63,823 bases of DNA, filler included, from Octopus bimaculoides (GCF_001194135.2; 8 parts of 6 records of this genome joined end to end with filler, not necessarily neighbours in it), one strand, 5' to 3'; counted from the first letter of the whole stretch, positions 1-13,738 are shown. The notes: a model not told the origin generated them from the sequence alone. Numbers and translations: made by a program.

Positions 1-35
<35 letters not shown>

Positions 36-288
36 GCGTATACATAGATGTGATCAAGTGTGGTGTGCTTGTGTGTATAGATAGATATACATACGTATGT
101 ATATACACATACAAACACACGCAAAAATACACACACGCGCGCGTGCACACCCAGAAACATAGACACACACACACACAAACACATATATATCTATACTTGC
201 ACACACTCATACACATGTACACACATGTATATCAATGTACATAATGTCTACATGAAATACGTGAACATTGTCGCAAGCTGTATGGTAA

Positions 289-515
289 GAAGCGGCAAGC
301 TGGCAGAAACGTTAGCACACCGGGCAAAATGCGTAGCAGTATTTCGTCTGCCGCTACGTTCTGAGTTGAAATTCCGCCGAGGTCGACTTAGCCTTTCTGG
401 GTCGATTAAATAAGTACCAGTTACGCACTGGGGTCGATGTAATCGACTTAATCCCTTTGTCTATCCTTGTTTGTCCGCTCTATGTTTAGCCCCTTGTGGG
501 CAATAAAGAAATAAG
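289..515 (+). mobile_element. tRNA-derived SINE, family A
   Basis: GCGGCAAGCTGGCAGAAACGTTAGCAC...GAGTTGAAATTCC (B-box-like)...GTCGATGTAATCGACTT...AAAGAAATAAGA; many copies in this window. Confidence 0.85.
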
Positions 516-791
516 AAGCTTGCTTCCTAAGTACATAGTTGAGTGTTCAGGGCCACTGCATGACACCTTAGGCAAGTGTCTTCTACTATTGCCACGCTTC
601 AACCAACACCTTGTGAGTGGACTGTGTTTCAGTCCCGTGACTCAACGATCCTGCAGACGGGAATGATACAATAAGCAACAGTATTAAAAGAAAATAAGTC
701 CTGGAGTCGATTCATTGAACTAAAAATGTTCTTTAAGGCAGGGCTCCAACATGACCGCAGACTAATTAGTAAAATAAGATAAAGATAAAAG
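512..791 (+). mobile_element. SINE family B, degraded
   Basis: AGAAGCTTGCTTCC...CCACTGCATGACACCTTAGGCAAGTGTCTTCTACTAT plus the family 3' tail. Confidence 0.7.
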
Positions 792-2027
792 AGACATTGG
801 TATGTTTGAGTGCTTAATGTCTTGTCTTTCAAACAGGAGGTGCCAGGTTCGAACAAACCTCATGGTTATATTTTTACCTGTTTCAATACGACCAACTTCT
901 TGTGAGTGTAACTGCGTCGAGAGAAGAGAAGAAGGCCATCTGAAATTCAAAGACCCTGCCTTGTCAAGGACTATATCACGTTAATTTGACCTGAGGGTTC
1001 TATCTAAAGTAACACCGTTCAGTGGAAAACTCAGTCATCTAGATATTTATACCGCCAGTAGCTAGTTTTGCCGTCCTGACAAGTGAAATAACAACAGAGA
1101 ATCCATAATAATATAAGTGTTCGCTTTGAAAACCTCTCTAAATGATTCACTACATATCCTCTTAGTTTGTACAGAATTTGTTGTTATAAAGAATATGGGA
1201 ATTTATTCCATCTGCTTAGCTGTAGACATCTGAAAGACAAAGATGTGCTTGAAACACAGATGTCCCTTATGTCTACTTTGGTTCCATTGACTGAATTTCC
1301 AATGATATGATTCCGAGATTAGTCGATGAGGTTTTTTCCTTCATTCTTTGTTTCTTCCCTTCGTTTTTCTTTTGTTGCAATTCAAAGTGCATAAAATGAC
1401 TGCCTCTTTTTATATTTAAATACCATCGAAGACTGATCTCTACTTTTTAACCTTTCCTGTTACCTCCCAAAATTCTACCTCTTACAAAATAAACCAAATT
1501 GCCCCAGTCCGTTATTTTGATAAATTCCATAGTGAATGCAATTGCTTCTCTGGAAAGAAACGCAATACTCAACTCTAAGATGTGTTTACGATCTCAGTCT
1601 ATTCTGCTTTGATATTAATATGTTGATCTCAAAGCATTATTTTCCATTCACAGTATCCTGCCTGGCAGGATAATAAACTACACTAATATTGTATATGTAG
1701 TAAGAGAATTAATATGAATTATTAAGAAAAGGTTTCCGACAGAGCGGACTTTGTTAATATTACACAAGAACCAGCAAGCAGTATTCAATCAAGTAACCAA
1801 TGAAATCTACCAACATCTTGTAAGTGTGCAACTCTTCTTTTTAAGCTTAATTGTGCAATAACATTTCTCTTTCTCGTTTATCCGTTCTATTGTCAAGTAA
1901 CATGTGTTAACGGCTTGAAAGATATATTAAGAAGGTCATTGACAAGACATGACATTATAACCTATCCCTCGTTAGCACTTTGCTGTCTACGCCTCCATGT
2001 TCGGTTCTGTTAATGAATAACGAGATA

Positions 2028-2131
<104 letters not shown>

Positions 2132-2133
2132 TT

Positions 2134-2323
2134 AAGGCGGCGAGCTGGTAGAATCGTTAGCACGCCGGGTGAAATGGCTAGCGGTATTTCGTCTGGCGCT
2201 ACGTTCTGAGTTCAAATTCCACCGAGGTAGACTTTGCCTTTCATCCTTTCAGAGTCGATAAATTAAGTACCAGTGGAGTACTGTCCCCCTCCCTGAAAAA
2301 TCCAAGCCTTGTGTCTAGAAAGG

Positions 2324-2355
<32 letters not shown>
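2134..2355 (+). mobile_element. SINE family A flanked by (ATT)n/(AGT)n
   Basis: AAGGCGGCGAGCTGGTAGAATCGTTAGC...GAGTTCAAATTCC...GAAAGG(ATT)n. Confidence 0.88.
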
Positions 2356-2737
2356 GCCGTATGTAAACAAACAAGTTGGTTTTTCGAAGCGCTGAAATAT
2401 ATGGTAGAACAAGTAGAAAGATAAATTTTATTCAATGCATAGATACTGAACAGTCAGAACAATCTTTATATTTGGTTAACGTCATCTCACACCCTCTGTG
2501 AACAATTTAGTTGGGTTAACACATCACTATACCACAGTGATTCATCCTAACGACATTTATAGTATACTGTGTGTGTAATTTGGTGTAGTCATTACACTCT
2601 CATTGTCCCAGGAACTCTGATATAATATCCCTTATTATTCTTCATTATTGCATTATCAATTATTTTCATACTAGTGTTAGCATTAAACTTAGTTGATCCA
2701 CTTAAAACTGGCAAGAGAAGCAAAGTTTAAATGTAAA

Positions 2738-3155
2738 CAGGTATAGCTGTGTTCTTAAAAACTGCCCTTTGCAATCACGTGGTTTCAAGTTCAGTCCCAC
2801 TGTGCAGCACTTTGAGCAAGTATTTTCTTCTACAGTCACGGGTAGACAAATTCTTTGGCAATGAAGTTGGTGGACGGAAACTGTGTGGAAGCCCCTCGTA
2901 TGTATACACATACATACTCACACATATATATGTATGTATGTATGTGGGCATTTGTGTTTGATCTCACACCGCTTGGCAACCAATACTGGTTTGCTTTTCG
3001 TTCATGTGATTTAGCAGTTCGACAAAAGAGCACGATTGGACAAGTACTAGATTTAGAAAAGAAATCCTAAGTATTAGTGGGGGGTTTGATTTACTAAAAA
3101 TTTCAAGGCGGTGCTCCTGTATGGCTGCAGTCTAATGAGTGAAGCAAGTAAAAGA
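2738..3155 (+). mobile_element. SINE family B (tRNA head, CORE-like CTTTGAGCAAGT, internal TA/TG tract)
   Basis: GGTTTCAAGTTCAGTCCCACTGTGCAGCACTTTGAGCAAGT...GACGGAAACTG...microsatellite...conserved tail ending GAAGCAAGTAAAAGA. Confidence 0.8.
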
Positions 3156-3239
3156 GTAATGCTTCCAGTAGTACGTCCAGGAACCAAAATTGCTTTTCAA
3201 GGCTGTTAATAGAGACTCACAAAATACTCAATAAAAGAC

Positions 3240-3420
3240 TACACATTTACTCGATATACTAGAACCATCAGCTAAATTTCATCATTAAATCGCATCGTAC
3301 CGTCTTAAGAACGGCAGTACACATTGGACAAGGCAATCTTAGATATCCATTTAAGATTGGATGGTCACGGCTGAAATATGATCGATCAAATAACTTTTCG
3401 AATAGGAATAACCGGGGGAT
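3240..3420 (+). repeat. Third dispersed repeat family (also at about 21005-21290 and 39505-39570)
   Basis: Shared motif (GGTC)ACTCGA..TGCTAGAA..A.CAGCTAAAT.TC at 3249, 21018 and 39510, plus GGATGGTCACGGCTG...GATC blocks. Confidence 0.5.
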
Positions 3421-4118
3421 AAATAAAAATAAATAACAGTTAAAATATGATGGACCGGCATTAATATGCAATCATAATTAGATAACTTGATTAAAGGACG
3501 ACTCATTGGAGCGTGGAATACAAACAAAAGACACAAATATATACCCAAGACCACATGCTGTAACATCACATATCTCCCTGAAAAATTTTTCATTAATTTT
3601 AAAGATAAATTTAAATGAAAAAAAAATGAATCTAAAAAGAAAAAGCACGTGAATAATGTAAAGATTCAACATTATTTCGTTTCAGGAAATTTCTGAACTT
3701 AATTTGATTATAATTTTCACAGTAATGAATCTATTAATCAACAGTCTCATGGCGATGAGAATAATCTAGAATAAAGAAAATTTTAATTCTATTTACAGGG
3801 ATGCTATCAAATAGCTATTGAAATATACAATTGTAATTGATAATTCTTTGCTTACCATTCATTCTTGAATACAAGCATTGAGAGAAGATAACAAATTGTA
3901 TACATAACTGTTGGCAACATACAATAATACATACGTACGTGCATACGTATGTACATACATATGTAAATACATATGTAAATACATGCATGCATTCATGCAT
4001 AAATATGTATACACATGAATACATGCATGTGTGCATATATAAATACACACAAGCATACATGTATGCATACGTAAATACATACCCACACGTATTCATAAAT
4101 CTTGGCAACGGCTATTAG

Positions 4119-4120
4119 TG

Positions 4121-4181
<61 letters not shown>

Positions 4182-4182
4182 A

Positions 4183-4219
<37 letters not shown>

Positions 4220-4221
4220 GC

Positions 4222-4303
<82 letters not shown>

Positions 4304-4480
4304 CTCTCTCTCTTTATCTATCTATCAATCTATCAATCTATCTATCTTTCTATCTATCAATCTATCTGTTTGTCTGTCTAACTATCTGTCTGTCTGTATG
4401 TCTGTCTGACTACCTACCTACCTATCTATCTGTATGTATGTATATATGCATGTATGTATGTATGTATTTGTATATGCGCC
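4119..4480. repeat. Compound tetranucleotide microsatellite (TCTA/TCTG/TATG)n
   Basis: Read directly from the sequence; explains the YLSI/CLSV ORFs. Confidence 0.97.
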
Positions 4481-5284
4481 ACGCATATGCATGTTTATTT
4501 GTGTGTGGGTGCGACGTTTAACCAAATAAATGAAATGGAAGCTTGTTAAACATGTTTGATGTTGTTTCGCTAATATTTATTTTTTAACGCTCAGTAAGTT
4601 TAGCGTCTAGGTTGATGGTAATAGTTTTTGTAAAATACGTATCAGTTTAGTATTAACTCAGTTTTCGGCATTTTCAATCGCCTTTTAGAATTGTGTGTGG
4701 AGGTATTATTGCTGTATAAAATAGGATAATAGACTTGTCTGTTCATGTAAGGATGTACTGTAAATATCGTTAGTAACAAAGTTAGTATTACACATATTAT
4801 GAACAACCTTCTCCCCAAACACTCTAACAGCAACCATTAGAAACAAACTAATAACAGGATGGACGTTAATATTGCTACTCAAATTATCTACTATGAAGAC
4901 AAACATATCAACTTTTTATAAAAAGAACCGTTGAGGCTTTTCCAATAGCTACAGAAAATTACGTAAAAATATGTCTTTGAAGAAAGACCTTCATCATCTT
5001 CAAATAAAATACGCATAGGGTTTTGGGGTACGTTACCGATTCATGATTACCAGACTAATGATACACTGAGCATCTGAAATCATAACATATAAAACGAATA
5101 TAACTGGTTTTGTTAGTATTCGTATTATATATTTACATTGGAGTGTAAAGCAAGTGTACGATTTAAAGTGAAGATATTGAATAGGAACAGACTCACATCG
5201 ACGCATACACGCATCTTGAAGTAGATGATTGGTAAATGTAAGGTGGAAATTAAGGTGGACTGTTGAAGAGATATTGGTTTCAAA

Positions 5285-5642
5285 TTTTAGCCCGTAAATT
5301 TGGGGGTATGGAGGGGCTAAGTGGATTAAATCGATTCCAGTGTTCAACTGGTACTTATTTCATTGACCCCGAGGGGATGAAAGGCAAAGTCAACCTCGAT
5401 GGAATTTGAAAGCAGAACGTGAAGACGGACGAAATGCCGCTAAGCATTTTCCCGGCGTGCTAACGATTCTTTTCTGCTCCAGGCGCAAGGCCCGAAATTT
5501 TGTAGGAGGAAGCCAGTCGATTAGATCGACACCAGTACGCAACTGGTACTTAATTTATCGATCCCGAAAGGATGAAAGGCAAAGTCGACCTCGTTGGAAT
5601 TTGAATTCAGAACGTAAAGACAGACGAAATACGGCTAAGTAC
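5285..5642 (-). mobile_element. Two tandem SINE family A copies
   Basis: Two consecutive reverse-complement copies (GATGAAAGGCAAAGTC...GGAATTTGAA...GACGAAAT). Confidence 0.85.
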
Positions 5643-7630
5643 TCCCCATGAAAACAGAGAAACCGCTTTGAACCTCATCCACTTCGAAGTCTACCGCCCT
5701 AAAAGAACGCGAGCAGTCATTCCAATGGCCTTCAGATAGACTTAAACTAGAAAATTTAACTCCTAAGAATTTGGGCACTGCTAGGTTACAAGAGACGTAC
5801 TTGCCGAAATTGTCATGTTGAGGGATTTAAATCAAAGCCATGCCATTTCAAAAAGAGATTCTTGACCATCATGGCCATATCTCCTTTATTAAATGTGTTC
5901 TATTTTATCCAGGACATTTTTAGAGACTGATTTCTCCTAAGGCACATTTTCATATGCAGTGCTTTTCTAACAACTTCGATGTGCGATGAGAGGAAGATAT
6001 AGAAATACAGTCATTTTGTGGAATATAGACTGATGAGCAATTTACGCTCACATATTCTTTAAAGCAACAATTATTTATTAATATTTCATTTATAACACTA
6101 CCTTTTCATAGAGCCTCATTTGTTCATCGACCAATAACATTTACATGATAATAAGTTCGAATAGAAGTTTCACTTAGGTAGATTTAGAAGTCTAGCTGAC
6201 GGGAAAACAGTTTCGTTTTAATACAGAATACAATCTATTTTCTTTTGATAATGGCTTATTAAGAATATTTGAACACTTATTTGCAGAACTATTATTATTT
6301 ATTATTGTCACGAATGCAGTAGCTGTTAAGAAAGTAGCAATATGATGCGGTACACATAGAATGAAAGAACAACACGCAATATGTTTAACATAACATCAGT
6401 TAGTATGTTTATTTTTAATCATAAGCTCTAATACGTAGATTGTTCTTTGAATATGTCTATCAGCCGTTGATGTCATAATGTAGAATTATAACTTGAGAGT
6501 AAATTCTCATTATTGAAGGCGTTAAGCGTAAGCAATGTCACCTCCTAATTAATAAACATCCTACTTAGCAATACTTGATGACCTAGCATCATTTAATTAT
6601 TGGTTTGTCTTCTTTTAACGATGCTCTGCTACTACAAAATTGATTTATCAAAATTGATTGATCAAGCCAAATACGATTTCTTAAAGGCTTTTATATGAAT
6701 AATTTACGTGACAGGTTTTATTAAAATATTTGTTCGCTCGTCTCTTGCACGCAAGACTCTTTTCGACAATATTGATGTTCTTAAGTTTTATTCATATTTC
6801 CTACTTCAACGCGTTAAACAATGTTAGTATTCTAACAACGCTATTGCCTTATCATTCATTTTCTCACCCCTTTAATAATTTGAATTAGTACTAGGTGCAC
6901 CTTTTAATTACCATCCATGTAATGAGAAGTATTTGCTCACGAAAGATTATCGTTCAACTATAAATGATTTCTGTAGATTTTCTTCTAACCGAGAAAATAA
7001 AACCACGATATAAAAGAACAATAATAATTTTTTGCAGACACAAACAATTTCTAAAGAAGTAGTATATGCTATAGAATCAGCCCTGGACAAAATGGTATTG
7101 ATTTTGTAGGTCCTTGGGAAATAAAAGTGTAATTGTTTTTCTATAGAGGATTGGATTTAAAATGTGGAGAGGCAGAAAAAAATGTACCCAAACTCTTAAT
7201 TAGGATTAATTAGCGTTCTAATAGAAATTGCCTTGACATATGTATCTTCATATGTTAGACGTTACCGCTTTACTCATTTGTATCACTGCGTTCTTTCATG
7301 ATGATTGATTGTGGGTGGAACTCTACGTTTAATGATTCTATGCTTCCAACAATAATGAAAGATTCGCTTTCACAGCGACATATTTCAATACACAAATTTA
7401 GCCTATTAGTAACTATAATATAGGAAAGCATGTAGGTAATGTTATTCAAAACTTTATGATTCTTATTTTTACAAAGTGTCCATTCTGCCGTTACTATAGA
7501 ATTCTTTCAAATAACTGCGGAACATTAGATTGAAAGAAGATAAAATCCGATTATTATTTATTATTTCATATTATTTTCCTAATGGCAAAAATATATTTAC
7601 GTGAATAACAACCGGTGTGAATGTATGCAC

Positions 7631-7662
<32 letters not shown>

Positions 7663-8234
7663 NNNNNNNNNNNNNNNNNNNNNNNNNNNNNNNNNNNNNN
7701 NNNNNNNNNNNNNNNNNNNNNNNNNNNNNNNNNNNNNNNNNNNNNNNNNNNNNNNNNNNNNNNNNNNNNNNNNNNNNNNNNNNNNNNNNNNNNNNNNNNN
7801 NNNNNNNNNNNNNNNNNNNNNNNNNNNNNNNNNNNNNNNNNNNNNNNNNNNNNNNNNNNNNNNNNNNNNNNNNNNNNNNNNNNNNNNNNNNNNNNNNNNN
7901 NNNNNNNNNNNNNNNNNNNNNNNNNNNNNNNNNNNNNNNNNNNNNNNNNNNNNNNNNNNNNNNNNNNNNNNNNNNNNNNNNNNNNNNNNNNNNNNNNNNN
8001 NNNNNNNNNNNNNNNNNNNNNNNNNNNNNNNNNNNNNNNNNNNNNNNNNNNNNNNNNNNNNNNNNNNNNNNNNNNNNNNNNNNNNNNNNNNNNNNNNNNN
8101 NNNNNNNNNNNNNNNNNNNNNNNNNNNNNNNNNNNNNNNNNNNNNNNNNNNNNNNNNNNNNNNNNNNNNNNNNNNNNNNNNNNNNNNNNNNNNNNNNNNN
8201 NNNNNNNNNNNNNNNNNNNNNNNNNNNNNNNNNN

Positions 8235-8289
<55 letters not shown>

Positions 8290-9334
8290 ATGTACGGTAT
8301 TAATTTGAGAGATGATAGAATTCTTTTATCATTTTACATTTTCCTAATGGCAAATACATTCATTTGAATACGTACCTGTGCGAATATATTTAAATTTTTA
8401 TTTGTAGCTTTACATTTACAGAAAAACATTTCAAGAATTTCGAGCATTTAAATACATTCTTAAATCCATTTCTAAAGTTGAATTGAAGTTTTGTGGGAGT
8501 ATTTAGCTATAGTTGTAATAAACTTGTAATAAAATGTAAACTAATTTAGCTACCTTATATGTTTGTATTAGTAGTATACTGATAAATACACGTACCAAAC
8601 AAACCACATATACAAGTATATTTATACGCAACATAAATATGAGCAAAGATATATAACACGTAAATACATCAACATAAAAATCACACACAAGTAAATATAC
8701 ATTCTTTTATATATGCATATGTATGCATGTATATACTTTATATACTGTGAAGTTTTATTATGAATATCAACGAGAGACACAAGTCTAAGTATTCGATATT
8801 CTGCAATATTTTTGAAAAATCACTGAACTACTCGAATTAGTAATATCAAAAAATAATGCTGCCGTTTTCTGTCTAATAGTGGATTTTATGGTATCAGAAA
8901 TAAGATTAATCTATTCATAGAAACGTTTTCAAAACTTTTTTAACTTTGGAGTATCCTTGAAATAGGTTTCCTGTCCGAAGGAAGCTCTCCATACAAATTA
9001 TAATACATTTTTGTTCCTCAACTATAACGATAGCTTTTATAGGGCATACTTATTTTTCTGATAAATTAAGCCAAATAAAACAACAAAAATAATAATACTT
9101 TCGATTATAGGCATAAGGCCTGAAATTTCGGGGAGGGGCACGTCGATTACATTGACCCTGTGCCCAATAGGAAAGGACCTCGTCCGTAAGGTATACAAGT
9201 TTATTGGCTGAAGAATTTTACTCAGTTGCATGAAAGGATGCAGGATGAATATTTGCATTAGGGACACATCCCAATTTGGATGACTCGTGGACGAATGTTG
9301 CTACGCCTCAAGGACCCCTAAATAGGAAAACTGG

Positions 9335-9660
9335 TATTAATTTTTTACGAATAGCCTGTTTATCACTTATGCGGAAGCCTATGGCCGTTGTCTTGGCAGA
9401 AAGTTATATAAGCATTTGGAAAGTAACAGTCTACTTCCTGTAGAACAGAAAGGATGCAAGAAGCAAAGTAGAGCAACAGAAGACAACATATTAATTAGTA
9501 AAAAGATAATTAGGAAGTGTAGATGCAGATTCACGGGATTAAATGTGGCATGGCTGTATTACAGAAAAGTATATGACATGAGACCGCACAGTGGAATAAG
9601 TAAAACAATGAGCTTGTTTGGAGTGGCAGAAAATATGGTTTTGACCAGAAAAAATTTCAT
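9335..9660 (+). mobile_element. Dong/R4-clade non-LTR retrotransposon RT fragment
   Basis: IACLSLMRK...HLESNSLLPVEQKGCKKQSRATEDNILISK...NVAWLYYRKVYDMRPHS, the RT N-terminal motifs (EEQKG, AWIDYKKAYD) of R4/Dong elements. Confidence 0.8.
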
Positions 9661-10231
9661 AGGTTAAGCTAATTTTTGAGAAGGTACAAGGTGTTATTGC
9701 AAAGTACAAGGTGTTATTGCAAAGTAGTTTTGAGTTAGGGTTTCGAATTCAGAGGCAACCCGTTACTTAAATATTTGATTTACGTCTATTGTTTCTAGTC
9801 AATTTTCGTGAATAAATTGAGTTTTCTTTTTTCATTCTTGTGAGTTGTTATTCTGTATTTAGTTGTGGTTGATATCTTTTAATAAACATATTTTCTTTAT
9901 CCAATCGGAATTGGGCTGAAGTGCTTCCGGTGCATTATTTAGAGGGAAAATTTGGTATTTTGGATATTCGTTTGCGAGACAAAGATATAAGTGACTAATT
10001 ACGGAAATTTTCCTAGTTGTTCTTATGTTAATTTCTCCGGTGGAACTCTGCATCCAATTTAATTGTCGTACTTCATTACTTGTAGAAGCAGAGTACTGCA
10101 TGGAGTAACGAATCGAACTATATATGCATATTTGATATCCAACAAAAATGATCGTTTGTGAGATTAATCCATGTTAGCATCATGATATTAGTATATGTAT
10201 ATGTTTGTATACATGTATGTATGTCCGTATG

Positions 10232-10290
<59 letters not shown>

Positions 10291-10390
10291 NNNNNNNNNN
10301 NNNNNNNNNNNNNNNNNNNNNNNNNNNNNNNNNNTTAATTAATTAANNNNNNNNNNNNNNNNNNNNNNNNNNNNNNNNNNNNNNNNNNNN
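10291..10390. other. Artificial assembly spacer N44-TTAATTAATTAA-N44 (also 11894, 14136, 43116, 46970, 50599, 62558)
   Basis: Seven identical 100-bp blocks; the 12-mer puts a stop codon in all six frames. Confidence 0.95.
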
Positions 10391-10899
10391 TGTGTGTGTG
10401 TGTGTGTGTACGTATATGTCGAATGATGAAAATGAGTGCTCAACACTGCATTGGTGGATATAATTTCTTTATTTGTGAATTAAGGCTACCATTGGTTTAA
10501 TATTAAGAAAAGTAGGAAAATATCCTAGTAGCTTAACAATTTTTCAAACCGACCACATAGAGAAAGGTGTTCGCCTCCATTTTGAAAAACACAGCTTCGT
10601 TTAGTTCGCGGAGATTCTGGTGAATTCACGTTTTTTATACCAATGAACCAATGAATCAAATGACGTTACTTTTGGATGGCATCTTTTGGATGTTTGTCTC
10701 CCTTGGATTTATCTTTTGAGTAAATTGTTGTGTGGTCAATTTGTTTGCATTATTTTGTTTTTTGTTCTGGGCATGAAGTTCTTATAGTTGTGTGTTGGGA
10801 TAGTACATAATTGGGGTATATTTCTTCTGTGTGGAGTTTGTATGATACGTGTATTGACATTTCACGTCTAGGAAAGGGGCTATCCTGGTGGGATTACCG

Positions 10900-11893
10900 T
10901 CACAGATAGTGGTTCTTCTTTGAAATATTTTAGTGTAAAATATTGCCAGTGTATGCAGGGAGAGAAGGTTTCATCCCTAATATTTAGGATGTTATCTGTT
11001 GATTGTATAATGTTTAATTTTTCAGTAATACAGAGTTCGCATTTGGTGCCTCATCCTCTGTATTTTGGGGCTCTAGCAATAATTTTCCATTCTATCTGGG
11101 ATTTGCATATTACACCTTCTTTCAATGTCCATATCATACTTGAAGGGGATGTTGCATGTTTTTTTTTTTGTCTCTGAATGACCCAGATGTTGTGAATACT
11201 TTTCCTTGAACGAGTTAAGCGTCATTCCGATATATTTCTTTGCTATTCCGTTGGGGTCCGTGATCTTGGCCTTGTATTCGTCTTCTTTCTTGAGACATTT
11301 GTTGTTTAGACGGTAGCGGTTTGGGGATCTACATTGTCTTTCGGGAGTGTTTCTGATATGTTTATATTTGTATTGATTGAGTATTATTGACTCTATATTG
11401 ATTCTATAGCTAACTTTAACAGTATTTCTGTTGAAGATCTCTTTGTATTTGTATGAATGTGGAAAGTGGTTGTCTATTAGTTTTAAAAATTTCCTACCAA
11501 TGTTACTAGCTACATTCATGCCATAAGGTGGGTTAAGCCATAAGATTTTCTTCTGGCTTCGTCTTCTTGGACTAGTTATATTTGATTCAATGTAGTATAT
11601 GTTCTTGAAGTTGGACCTTTCTAATGCAGCATTATAATATATGTCGGCTTTTCTAAAAAGTGTCATTGTCGGCGGATAAATTGGAGATTCGCCTTCTAAT
11701 GTTGTTAACCATTTGTTTAATTACTGCTGGGGGTTGGGTGGTTGGAACCTATGTCTATGTACTAGGATTCCTCGTTTATTTTGTGGTAGGGTTCAAATTT
11801 TCCTGTGTTAATGCCTAGGAAGTTGACTCCTTTAAGGTTTGTACTGATTGTGGTTCTTAGGCCTAATTGGTTAAATATTTGACAATTATATAT
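10900..11893 (-). mobile_element. Penelope-like element (Neptune-type), RT C-terminus plus GIY-YIG endonuclease, degraded
   Basis: ORF 11073-11666 has ILWLNPPYGMNVASNIGRKFLKLIDNHFP...IFNRNTVKVSY and KKYIGMTLNSFKEKY. Downstream frames give KIIARAPKY..KCELCITEK and NILNIRDE. Upstream reads VNFLG...GKFEPYHK. Confidence 0.88.
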
Positions 11894-12115
11894 NNNNNNN
11901 NNNNNNNNNNNNNNNNNNNNNNNNNNNNNNNNNNNNNTTAATTAATTAANNNNNNNNNNNNNNNNNNNNNNNNNNNNNNNNNNNNNNNNNNNNTATATAT
12001 ATATATATATATATGTATATGTATATATATAGACACGCACACACTGCAATAAATCACATGTATAAGAAAAAAAAGTAGACTTCAATATCGTTGAAATAGA
12101 CGACTAGATTTAATA

Positions 12116-12363
12116 TTGTGTTGGTGCATAATTATTGCGGCTTTTATTCAACAAATTTTAATCAACAAAAACAATATCACGTAACAAAAACACCTTTAAA
12201 TGATTATCCCGGAGCGTATTCACCATCTACATCATTTACTGCTTCCCATCTGCTAGGCAGACGGCCAGACCGTCATTTAAAGATGTTTTCGTTACATATT
12301 GTGATTGTTTTCGTTGAATAAAATTTGTTGATTAAAAGCCGCAATAATTATGCACCAACACAC
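12116..12363. mobile_element. Mariner-type MITE with roughly 88-bp inverted arms and TA target duplication
   Basis: Left arm TGTGTTGGTGCATAATTATTGCGGCTTTT...TTTAAATGA is mirrored by TCATTTAAA...AAAAGCCGCAATAATTATGCACCAACACA. TA at 12114-12115 and 12364-12365. Ends resemble the Hsmar1/MADE1 TIR GGTTGGTGCAAAAGTAATTGCGG. Confidence 0.85.
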
Positions 12364-12659
12364 TATATAATACAAGCTTGAAGCACTTACATTCAGAACT
12401 CGCTGATTCTCGGTAGCATCGGATGAAAGTTCATCCGATTTACCTCTGTTTTTCGTCATCTGCCATCGTGACTGTTACAAGTAAAAAAATCACCGTCGGT
12501 GAAACTCAAAAAGACGTCACCGAATGGTTTAAGTTTTCAAGGGGAGCAACTCTTATAGACTTAATTTTGAAATTTTTAACAAAAGGAATTTGAAAATATA
12601 TATCTGGAGAAATGTCAAATTTATCATGTAGTACAAAAAATTTCAACAAAAACGCAGAC

Positions 12660-13670
12660 TATTATAACATGGCACTTAGTAGAGCTGGATAGAAGCAGAG
12701 GTTAAAATATCCTGTGCCAAATGTAGACTGCAGTTGTATGAATAATATTGATGTAACTCGTAGTAACGAAAGATTAAAAGAACCTAGAAAGAATAGAAAT
12801 AAAGATAGAAATAAAAATAAATGTGCATTAGGGAACAATGCAATACAAAATACGAAAACAAATTTATTGCTTCGTTCGTTTGATAATACTGATAAAAATA
12901 GCAAAAGTAATAAAAATAGAGTTAAACGACACACCCCGTATATAAATAATATTAATTTGGAATTGGATAATTGTTAGGGAACTTCAAGTAAGGGTAACAT
13001 TATAGGGTTTATTATTCCATTCGCCTGGTTAGGTCCCTGTATAAACTTTATTCTAAACATTTTACAAGGGAAAATAGATATTATGATATAATCAACTCCA
13101 GTAACGTCCGTGTGGCGCACTCTGTCTCTAGAAATGTTTTCCAAATTATATCTTCACTTAAGAAAAGGAAATTCATTGATTTCTACAATAGTAATAATAA
13201 TAATAATAATTTACAGAACAATAAATGTGATAATGATAGTAAAGTATATACTAATAAACCTTCTAATGCACGAAGGGGAAGGACCCACATTGGATCCCAT
13301 CTTAACCTAAAGCTAATGATATGAATAATAATAATAAATATAATTCTATAAATAAAAATAGAAATAAGAATAAAAATAAAAGCATAACAAACGCATGGCT
13401 TAACATCGATACACCTTTAATCCTCTAAATAAGTCGTCTTAAACCAGTCTTAGCAAATTTATTTGGGAATTGAAGGACAAGAATAAAAAGTCGGGCGTAG
13501 AGTGGGAAATAATTAGCCATGACATTACCTATAGAATTTGAGATACTAATTGTAATCTTTGTGTTGAAGAATTATTTCAGATTTTAACTTCTAAACATAA
13601 ACTTCTTAACACCAAAAAGGGAGTGTGGATCATCCTGTGTTCACGCCTGTAAATATATATTTAAGTATTT
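12660..13670 (+). mobile_element. Penelope-like element (Neptune-type), highly degraded
   Basis: Motif remnants in family order: YNMALSRAG*KQRLKY, GNIIGFIIPF, VRVAHSVSRNVFQIISS, TSLSKFIWELKDKNKKSGVEWEII, CNLCVEE, LLNTKK. Confidence 0.7.
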
Positions 13671-13738
13671 CCATTAAAATAAAATGAAAACATTGCTAAA
13701 ACTATAAATGAACTATCTTATAAATTGACTATCTAGAT

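Noticed and set aside
1740-1825. Strong GTAAGT donor after EIY-like codons
   Set aside because: The frame gives EIYQHL rather than E-x-YPT, and there is no acceptor.
4102-4521. Long ORFs made of YLSI, CVCV, HTHT, YIYI, poly-I, poly-V or poly-S throughout the ORF track
   Set aside because: These are translations of microsatellites and show no protein-like complexity.
4620-5030. ORF-bearing stretch that might be a Penelope relic
   Set aside because: I could not read a diagnostic motif in any frame.
10335-10346. TTAATTAATTAA palindrome as a recurrent regulatory or homeobox site
   Set aside because: It always sits at the centre of exactly 44+44 Ns, so it is an assembly linker.
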